Notes under the pieces: generated by a model | What the model was told of the DNA's origin: nothing | The model's input: only the letters and a program-made list of their open reading frames with translations | Databases searched by the model: none | Part shown: positions 54,476 to 64,000 of the stretch, piece after piece | Layout: the number at the start of each line of letters is the position of its first letter | Numbering within the stretch: position 1 is the stretch's first letter | Position numbers and translations under genes: made by a program | Assembly: GCA_023231475.1 (NCBI GenBank) | Contig: JALJEE010000343.1 | Coordinates: 1-64,000, forward strand | DNA: 64,000 bases | Direction: 5' to 3' | DNA from: Seison nebaliae | Lineage: Eukaryota

Positions 54476-55597
54476 TTAGACATGTAAGGAAATATTCTTT
54501 TTTTCAGCAAATAAATCTTTCGTATTTTTTGCATAACCGATCGATCCTTCTTTCATGATGATGACATCGGACTCCGTTAACTTTTTTCCGTCGAACGGAT
54601 TCTTTCCACTTTTCTTAATTAAATTCTCATAAGCCGAATAAAGTATGACATGTCCACTCGATCTCAATACACAACATTTATGTTTATTAGTCAAGATATC
54701 TTTCGTTAATGCACAACGATAACGATGTTTTCTTCCAATTAACGATTTCTTTTTCTCTTTTTCATCTAATGGACATTCCTCAAATTTCACTTCTATCAAA
54801 CGACTCAACTTTATTTTCTTTCCACTCATCGGACAACGAACATGTTTATCGATCTTCTTCGACAATTCCACATCATTCACCGGATCCTTATCCGCATCTC
54901 TCAACATTGATGGTAACCAAAAACTGGGTAATTGATTCGAATATTTTCCTTTCATATTCGATAAAGGTTTCTCACTCGTCGTTTTCGTGTCTTGCCAATT
55001 GGCTTCCTTCAGTAATTTCTCACTACCCAAATCTTCTCCATCTCGATAATATTTTGGCATAGAACGAACTGTACAAGTGACATCAGATGATCGTTCTTCA
55101 ATTGATTGGGATTCATCGATATTTATAGAATTTAATGATTTATTGAGATGTCTCTGTTTTCCGAACATTTTCTCCGCAATATCGATATTGTCAATTAGAG
55201 TATTCGTTCGTTGATCGTTGTCTTTTTGGAAGAAAAGATTCTTATTCGTTTCAATAAATTTCTCAACTTTCTCCACTTTCTTCTGATTCTTTTCCGATTC
55301 CTTCTCTTTTAATCTCTTCAATTTCAATCGATTTTGCTGATTCTGATCCTGTTTAATTCGTTCTTTCTCATGTAGAATATATTCGATTATCGCTTCCTTA
55401 TCATATAAATATCCGTCTTCAGTTATCATCGGATGTTGACATGGTTGTAATGTCATATTGCAACAATCGAATTCTTTCACTGACGCTGCAGTCAATCTCT
55501 CTTTCTTCAATCCATAACCACATTGTTCCGAATCTTTCTTTCGCTCATGATAAGTGTAGACTGTACCCGCAGTCGAATTCTTCGCATGTCGAGTCAT
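54476..55597 (-). CDS. NOSIP: Nitric oxide synthase-interacting protein
   Basis: MTRHAKNSTAGTVYTYHERKKD, SVKEFDCCNMTLQPC, GYLYDKEAIIEYI, LPSFWLPS, CPMSGK, RYRCALTKDIL. Confidence 0.95.
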   Translation of the reverse strand: MTRHAKNSTAGTVYTYHERKKDSEQCGYGLKKERLTAASVKEFDCCNMTLQPCQHPMITEDGYLYDKEAIIEYILHEKERIKQDQNQQNRLKLKRLKEKESEKNQKKVEKVEKFIETNKNLFFQKDNDQRTNTLIDNIDIAEKMFGKQRHLNKSLNSINIDESQSIEERSSDVTCTVRSMPKYYRDGEDLGSEKLLKEANWQDTKTTSEKPLSNMKGKYSNQLPSFWLPSMLRDADKDPVNDVELSKKIDKHVRCPMSGKKIKLSRLIEVKFEECPLDEKEKKKSLIGRKHRYRCALTKDILTNKHKCCVLRSSGHVILYSAYENLIKKSGKNPFDGKKLTESDVIIMKEGSIGYAKNTKDLFAEKKNISLHV

Positions 55598-55899
55598 TAT
55601 TCAATATTTATTATTCAAAAAATCATTCACAATTCCATCAGATATCGTGTCATTCCGAACAATTAATTTGGTTGATCATGAAATTAAACAATTTATGGTT
55701 ATTTAATATCCTGTCCAATATCCATCTCCCAAAAGTAAATTGTTGGATGAAATGAAGAAGAGAAGGCCGGAAAGTGGAATTTGGAGAATTTTTCAAAATT
55801 AAATTTTTAGCCGAAATTTTTTTTTATATTTTTTTCTTCTTTTTTATATTTTTTTCTTCTTTTGTTTATTTTTATTCTCTTCTCATTAGCTGATACATA

Positions 55900-55942
55900 T
55901 ATCATTATCATTATCATCATTATCATTATCATTATCATTACC
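55900..55942. repeat. (ATTATC)n simple repeat
   Basis: atcattatcattatcatcattatcattatcattatcattacc, in intergenic DNA. Confidence 0.8.
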
Positions 55943-56245
55943 ATCCTTCTCGTTGTATATGTTTTCTTCAACCTCCATAAAGAATGATTTGAAGAGAATA
56001 GAATGCTCACGAGAAAGAAGCGAAGACGAAAAGTGTCAAAAGTTCATTAAAATTCAATTGGAAAGAATCGAGTTATAAACGAACGTGTTACCATATTAAC
56101 AAACCTTTAGAATAGACGCTACTTTAATCGTCTAATTGATGAAGTGAGAGAGAGAGAAAGAGAGAGAAAAAAAAGAAAGAAATTGACAGTGTTTGCAACT
56201 CGTTTTGTTTAATTTAACGACACCGTTCCATCGTCGAATGGAAAG

Positions 56246-59200
56246 ATGATCGAATCATATGATAATACGATGGAAGAAATGAAGGAAATCGTTCGATGTT
56301 GTTCCTCCAACGTTTGTAACGGCGAAAATAACGAAGAAGATGAGCAGGAAGTGAAGATGAAAGTGGAGAATAAAATTGAAATAAAAATTATCGAATGTTT
56401 CCGCGGTGATTCATCGACGAAATTCTCGTTCGGTTTCTCAGTTTTCGGTGGGAGTGACACGAGTCACCCGCCAACTATTTGTCATATCGAATCGACTAAT
56501 CATTTATTCCGTCAACAAAAATCATCATTGGAGAGATTGAAAGAAGGTGACATTATTCTTTCCATTAATGGAATTCCAACGTCCAATTCGACAAGAGAAG
56601 AAATCATCAAAAAAATCCGTTTATCTGGTTCTATGTGTCGATTGAAAGTGAAAAGTGATGAACGTTATAGTTATGATTTAAAGAAAACTAATCTTCTCAA
56701 ACAACAACAACAACAATTGAATGAATCAACTTCGATTGTGGATGATGAATCGTCGAATTTGAAGAAACATCATAATATTTATGATAAATCAACCACCGAA
56801 CAACTCAATCAACAATGTCATTTTCAATTGAATTGTCAAATTCCTTCCATCTCCAATGACGACGATTCATTAGATACGATTTCATTGAATGATTATTGTC
56901 CAAATGATAAAAACGAAAACGAATCCAATCTTCCCGACGACCAAAACAACAACAACAACATTTATAATTCAAATAGTTCGTGTCAGTCGATGGAGAATCC
57001 GGTACAATCTCCAATCATTGATGCATTAAAATCAATCAACGGAAATGAAACTATTTATGATGATTATGAGATGTTGTTGAGTTCGATAAATTCTATAAAA
57101 TATGATGATAATTCCAATAGAGAATCGATGGAATTATATAAAAATTTCATATTTTCCGGTGTTCCTTTACTGAGTTCGATCGGGAAGTTTCCCGACGACA
57201 ATAAGAACCAAAATGATGATCACGAATTTAGTATGCCATATATGAACAAGAATAATAATCATGAGAGAAATGATTCATTCAAAAGTGAATCGAGTTCAAT
57301 AAAGACTTTACGACCGAAATCTTTACGAATTAATTCGTCACTCGAACATTCGGAGAGTGTCCAATATTTCACTGACCAATTAGTCAAATCGAATAATTTC
57401 AATGGAGATACGAAAGCAATGTTCTTCAATAAACAGAACTCATTTACTCAGTTGGTAGCACAACGATTTATTAGTAAGATATTGGATGATGAGATGGAAG
57501 TGATGGAGAATAATGAAATTAAATTTTTGAATTGTTTAAGGAAAGTTTTCCGTCATTTCAACTTCTCTAATCAAATTAATCCCACTTACATCTCAATGAA
57601 CGAAATAGTTGATGGTCGATTATTCGACATGGCGAAAGCATCGACCGAATTGGAGAGTGCACAGAATCGTATCATCGATTTCACCACTCAATATGTGGGA
57701 CGATATTTGGAAGAAGGTAAATATGAGACGAATGCCAGACATCTTTTTGGTTGTTATTTATTATCATTAAATCTGGAATTGGATCGTTTGAGGAAGAAGT
57801 ATTTATTTGATTGTATGATGGAAGAATATCAGATATATCTCCAACAAAAGAAAGAAAATTCCACAATGTGGAATAAAAAAATGATTGAGGAGAAGATTGA
57901 GAATATTCTTCAAAATAAATCGAATGAACTTAAAGAGAATATCCAACATAATTTTCAACTTCCCACTTTCGTTCAACATATGGGCACAGTTCCCATCATC
58001 ACCGAACTGATATCGATGAGAGAGATTCGTGATAGTTATGAAAGTTTAGTAAGTGAACGTATAGAATTTATGGAGATATCATACGATAACGATAATGTCG
58101 ATGATGACAACATCCTTTCTACTTCACCTTTATTCGATACGAGATTGAATAGAAACGAATTGAATTTAAAAAATAAATCGATAAATCTTTTCAGTTCTGA
58201 TGGTTTGGTATCGATTCAACTCCAACGGAAATGTATCGCAACAATCAACGAACAACCGATAAGTAAATTGCGTCGTCAATGGAAGAATTTCTCTGTTCAT
58301 TTGAGACGGAAAGAGCCTCATATCTTATTCTTTTTAGTGAATGATAATGGAGAATATCCGTTTTTCTATAAAGAAATTCAAACAATTAATGACGCTATAA
58401 ATATCACATCATTACGATTACTTCATTCAATCTCTTCCATCATCGATTTACAATTTAATGGAAATAAATTAAATAAATTCTCTAATTCACTCTCTTCATC
58501 TTATAATCACCACCACCAACAACAACAACAACAACAGCCATTATTGCAAAGCCAATTGAAATGTATAAATGGAGTAACTTATCGTTTTCGTCCAATTAAT
58601 AATCAGATTAATAACGATCAATTGATTCAATGGAATTATTTGAATAATTTAATTTCATCATTAGTCTCTCCATTGCCTCAATTGAATTATGATACAATAC
58701 TACAATTATTCTTAATGATTCTAACAAAGAATACAAATGTCCAAATTACAAATGATTCTATTGATCCAAATCAATTGTTCAATCCGATTCATTTGATCGA
58801 TTATTTCCTGAATAAATGTCAATCGATAACTGTTGATGGAATGAACGGTTCCAACGACTTATCATCATTAACATCGAACGATATTGAATTGATAAAAGAT
58901 TTCCAACAATATCGTCATCAAAATTACGATTATTATTTCTATGAGAATTTAACTCAATTCAAATATTCTCCGTCGGTTGATATTGGCGATTCCGGTTGTT
59001 CAATTCATTCAGATACTCAAATGTCTTCCAATTCTTCTTCCTTCCTAAATATTAATCATTTAACTCCCGATAATATATCATCTTTTCGCACGTTCACCGC
59101 TGAAATAATGAAGAAGAATAATCATTTGAATAACGATTTAGTCCGTCGATTATTTTCACGTATAACTTCCATTATCGATCGACAAAATAAACGTTTCAGT

Positions 59201-60864
59201 TCGTTAATCGCTGACATTGTACAGAATGAAACAAATGTTATTAATAACAAAAATTCTGTTTTCCCACAAAATCATTTGTCGACTGGTCATGAAGTGAATG
59301 AATCGGAACTCATCAATAATTTACCTGCTGCTAATATTCGATTGAATTCTGCTATGGATAAAATTGATGTAAATATTTTTGGTTGTGATAATAATTGTTC
59401 GATGACACATAATCTTTTCACTTTCCCTTCAGCCATCAATAACACTCAATTGATTGATGAAACATCAGATATCCAACAATTAATCCAATCATTAAGAATC
59501 CATTTAATCACTTCAATTCGCTCTCATAAACAACGATTAATGAGAGATTTTCGATTCGTTAAAGATCTGATGGATATGATCGAACATATCCGTCAAATCA
59601 TCACCGTCAAATTACCTCAAACGTCGTCGACTGAGAAATTCTTCACGAAAAATTTCTCACCATCATCTAACCGTCGTCAATTGGATAAACAATCGACGAA
59701 TAATAATCGAATTTCTTATGGTTCCGATAACCTGCAAAAGACATCCATTCGTCTCAAATCGCCATTCACTAAGAACATCTCTCCATATCATTTGAGAATC
59801 ATAAAGAAGAAAGAGAAATCGGTGAAAAATGAAGATAATCACGATCATCAAAACAGTACAAGTTTGCAGGATTTGCCTCTACAAACCGTCGAAGATACAT
59901 CAGGAATTAATTTGAATAAACCATTCAAAATGAATGATGTTCTCATTCCTGAATTAAGTTTCAATTTCTTCTCAATTCAATTTCTATTTTTTTCTTTCAG
60001 ACAATTCGATGAATTTCACTCAAACAAAATCCGAAGGAAAATCCAGATCTTTCCATACCATCACTGAGAAAAGCGATCCAACATTCAACGTTCTAGTCTC
60101 TAACATCAATTTGAATGGTAATTCGAAATCCGGATCCTCCCATAGTATTCTCTCAGGTTTTTTTATGTTTTTAAATTTTAATTATAAATTTTAATTTTTT
60201 AATTTTTTAATTTTAATTTTATATTGGAAATTCAGGAAGTTCCACAGGAAACGTCAACAAGATAGTGACACGTCTTCAGTTGAAATTGCAGAAATTGAAA
60301 CAAAGAAATTGGAAATCACTTCAAATAATTCCACAAACGATAACTCTTCAAGAGAATGAGGAATCAAATGGAAATAAAACGGAAACGAATGAAAAAGACA
60401 AAGATTATTTGGATATTTATGATAACATTCTCAGTCTCTATTACCAATATCTTTATCTCATCATTCACGACACCGTCCTCTCCTCCACCAAATTCACAAC
60501 GAATCGAACTCTCAATCTCCTCCACAAATTCTTCTCCATCACATCGTCGACAGATGAGAAATCGAATAATAAAATCAGAAATTTATTAATTAAACGAATT
60601 CAATCGCCAATGTCACAACTCGTTTTATCGAAAGAATTCAATTTCATAGAAATCATTTCGAAATCATTCAACGACGAAGTTTTCTTCTTTCATTCAAATT
60701 TTTCTCATTTTTTCTATTTTCAGATTTCTCGCTTCAACAAATACGAATCCATCCTCATGGAATATATCCAATATTTGGAACATGTAAAAAAATCATCAGA
60801 CGGTTCTTTGTCGGTGGATGGTGAACATAACATTATTTTGGATAAGATTCTTTCTCTCTTATAA
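56246..60864 (+). CDS. PSD/EFA6-like protein: PDZ + degenerate Sec7 + PH + C-terminal coiled coil
   Basis: PDZ: FGFSVFGG...LKEGDIILSING. Sec7-like: NSFTQLVAQRF...LRKVFRHF...HLFGCYLLSLNLEL...YESLVSERIEF. EFA6-type PH: LQRKCIATINEQPISKLRRQWKNF. C-terminal ISRFNKYESIL. Introns 59958-60000, 60157-60235, 60679-60723. Confidence 0.7.
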
Positions 60865-61147
60865 TTTTTTTTGTAAAAAAAATGGAAATATTGTACATTT
60901 GTTTGGAGTTTATGGATCGAATTCCCAATAATGTAATTTCGTTAAGACATTTCCTTCATCGTTTTCTACATCTGAAACAAACAGATTAACAAATTAAAGT
61001 TTTCGTCCCCCCAAAAAAAAAGAAAAATAATAGAATATTTCTCTTTATCGACAATCTATTCAGAATTTATAGAAGATAAAATCATTTTATTAACGGAATT
61101 CTTCTTTCAAATAATAATTCTTCTTTTATTCTACTCTAAATTAAACA

Positions 61148-63312
61148 ATGCAACGTAAATTAGTGAACGGGGAATTATCTTTCCGCTTCAAAATAGAAAG
61201 TGAGCCTAATCTCCTCATTACTCATACGGCTGATGACGTTTCCAATCTGGATTATCAGAATAAATGGGTAAGTGATTTGGATGATTTCTTCAAAATTACC
61301 ATTTTCACTTTATTACCCATTTTTGCTATCATCCCCACCAATCCAAAATGTAAATTGCCTGACACCACTCCAACAATCGACGTTATCATTCAAGTACAAC
61401 GTGCTAAAATCTATCCTATCGATCGAAGTTTTCACTTTTCTCTCATTCGAATTTCTATTCAGAATTTCTTTAGCATTGAGACGAATTGAAAAGAATATGA
61501 GAACTGTCGATCTTTATTTAACAACATTAACTGATGATTGCGCGGAAGATTTGGAGGTTCAATCTGAAATATTTCCATTTTAATAATTTAATTATTTTCA
61601 ACTTTTAATCTCTCAAAATTATTCCGGTTCGATTTTATTGTTAATAGGATCGTTATTGTGCTAAAAGAATTAGTTCATATTATAACAAACAAAATTGTAA
61701 GCAAATTGTTATGAGACTGGACAATAATTCTATCGATACCACACGACTAAAAAGTGAATTCTTCCGTAAAATACAATTATGTCCTTTAATGAAGTTCATT
61801 AAATCCAATCAGAAATTAATTCAGTTACAAATAATTTAGAACAGATATGAGAAAACCCAAATTCCACAAACGAACACTTCGAAGACCAGTTAAAGCGCGA
61901 CTCTTCAATTATCTCCTCAAATTCCTTCATATGTTATTCAAGAAGCCAGTTGTGAATTTTGATGAGCAGACGGTTTTAGGAGTAGAGTTTAGAAAACGAA
62001 TTCGAACGGTATTAATTGGAGAATTACCCGATTTTTTAGGGTCCCAAATAAACCGTTTAAAACATGGTAATATAAAAAAATGTAAAGTTCGTTCATTAAA
62101 AATGACATGTATCGATGCTGATGATTTAAGAAATATGGCTGGTGAATGGGCAGTCTTCTTAAAAGAAAGAACAGATGACGTTTTCCGCATCTGTTCCAAA
62201 GGAAAAATTATTCCGACTAAAAAAATGTCGTTGGACAAACAATATAATTGGGTAGAAATTAGTGTGAATAATTTGAATAAACAATATCTGGGAAACGAAA
62301 TAATTATTAAACGAGTTGACATCCATTATTTCGAACCGAGATTAATGCACCAATGGGTAGATAGTCATGTAGAAGTTGCTGAGCTCAGTTACCGCAACAT
62401 TCTCGAAATTGATGTTTATCTCGAAAATTTCTTCAAAGAAGAAATGGATATCGCTCTCAAATTTCAATGTCGTAATTTTCCTTTTCGAAAAGAACAATTC
62501 ACCACTCTATCTCATCAAGGAACGAAAAAATTCATTTTAATTATATCTCATCCACATATGAAGAAGGATCGGAAACTGAAGAAACTTAAGGAAATAATTT
62601 GTCAAAGTTTTATTCAAATTTATTACTTAAATTTATTATTATTTAATAATTTAATTAATTTAATTCTTCCAGTTACAGTGATGGAACATCATAGAAGAAA
62701 TATGATTTCTTTTCGAAATATTCGTCTTCCTGTAGAATTGCTTACATTGACATCAGCCATCCCAAAACTATGTACTTGTCAATATTTCTGTAGTTGTATT
62801 GTTCATTTTAATATTTTTTTCCTTAATCTTAATTCAAATCTTATTAGTGTGCAGTGGATAAATTGACATTCTTTACTGGAAGTTTCCGATTAAAACCAAC
62901 AGCAACTGATGATGAACATTCGTTGAGACAACGTCTAAATGATGCGAAAAAGAAATCATTGGAATTAATAGCTGATGATAGAAAAAATCATATCTGTAAC
63001 ATTACCGCCGTCCATATTATGGATGCGACGGAATTGATTTCGAGCGGTATGAAGAAATATATAAAAGAATCGATTCGTGGATTAGAAGTAGAACATTCGT
63101 CTCATCCATTACTCAACGATTTAACACAACTCGTTGTTGATAGTAATTATACAGGAATAATTAAACGAAGTATTATGAAAAATAATAAATATTTTATTAC
63201 CGTTCTCAACATGATTTACATCGTTCCTATGATACTTTTCGCGTTTGGAATGCAGAAAGCCGTTTGTGGATTCTTTTGGCCGTCAATTCTCCATTTGGGA
63301 ATTAGAAGTTAA
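61148..63312 (+). CDS. Hypothetical multi-exon protein with a C-terminal TM segment
   Basis: The ORFs at 61148, 61272, 61847 and 62854 join in frame through GTT..AG introns 61428-61473, 61557-61647, 61794-61839, about 62607-62672 and about 62793-62854. No recognisable family. Confidence 0.6.
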
Positions 63313-63593
63313 TAATTACTTAAGAAATTTCTCTCATTTCTCATATTTAATTCCATCACAAAATTTTTAGGAGACAAAAAGTTCTTTTTATTTCCTCATT
63401 CAATTTCTAATTCATTATTAAAGGAAACGGATAACGACCAGCGATCTATATATAAATAACATTCTCTTTTTTCTCAACCTTCCGACGTTGTGGGCAAGAT
63501 TAAGAGAATATGGACAAACGAGACATATAATCGACTAAAGTTAAAATAGATTTAATGAAGAATTTGAGGTTGAAAGAAAACTAAAATAAAAAT

Positions 63594-64000
63594 TTATACA
63601 TTTAATCGAATTGATGGCATTCCTACTTGTCGTGTTTTCCGAGGTAGTCTCTCACATAATCCATCTGCTTTCGCCGAATAAGTTCGTTTATCCGTTCTCT
63701 TCAAATAATCCAAATGTCGTTGTCGTTGTTGATTAAGATGATTTTTTACATCCCATCTCAATTTCGAATGTTTCTCAGTTCCAATCAACGGATATTGTTT
63801 CCAACATTGGGCATAACCTTGATATCGTGTAACTGGATCTTGTCGTTTCGTATTCGTTCCAGGACATCGACGACCAGATACTGGTCGCTGAATAATACAC
63901 GATTGTTGATTGGTATAATCGTTATTGTTATTGTTACCAAATTGTGAGACATCATTAGCGGTAGACAACGAAGTTGCCGATTTATGACTACTTATCAATT
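63594..64000 (-). CDS. HYLS1: HYLS1-like centriolar protein, 3' part (5' end outside the window)
   Basis: KRQDPVTRYQGYAQCWKQYPLIGTEKHSKLRWDVKNHL matches the HYLS1 C-terminal box (DPV..Y..Y...W.....PGE..R..LRW.VR). Confidence 0.7.
   Translation of the reverse strand, partial: LISSHKSATSLSTANDVSQFGNNNNNDYTNQQSCIIQRPVSGRRCPGTNTKRQDPVTRYQGYAQCWKQYPLIGTEKHSKLRWDVKNHLNQQRQRHLDYLKRTDKRTYSAKADGLCERLPRKTRQVGMPSIRLNV

Overview
AT-rich, gene-dense genomic DNA from a eukaryote, most likely a bilaterian invertebrate with a compact genome (inferred from Fezf, tensin, a tyrosine decarboxylase and an aminergic GPCR; the species cannot be fixed from the sequence). About 21 protein-coding genes were reconstructed by hand. 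Recognisable ones: tensin, RPL7A, KDM3-like, Tdc, UBA5, ATP6V1F, RPL23, RECQL5, a C2CD2/TMEM24-like gene, a 5-HT2-like GPCR, RNPC3, GTPBP1, RNF121, an ENPP, Fezf, NOSIP, PSD/EFA6 and partial HYLS1; the rest are orphans. Main observation: the splice-site code is unusual. Introns are tiny (mostly 41-70 nt), and 30 of 31 homology-anchored introns begin GTT, with an almost invariant +3 T and no GTRAG consensus. They are usually preceded by an exonic A, and several end in AAG with little polypyrimidine tract. The one exception resembles a U12-type donor. The window also encodes a divergent U11/U12-65K protein, and both ribosomal-protein first introns carry U12-donor-like GTATCTT motifs. In contrast to the tiny introns, conserved proteins carry very large in-frame loop insertions, including a roughly 1,400-aa third intracellular loop in the GPCR. 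All gene models are manual inferences without transcript data or database searches.
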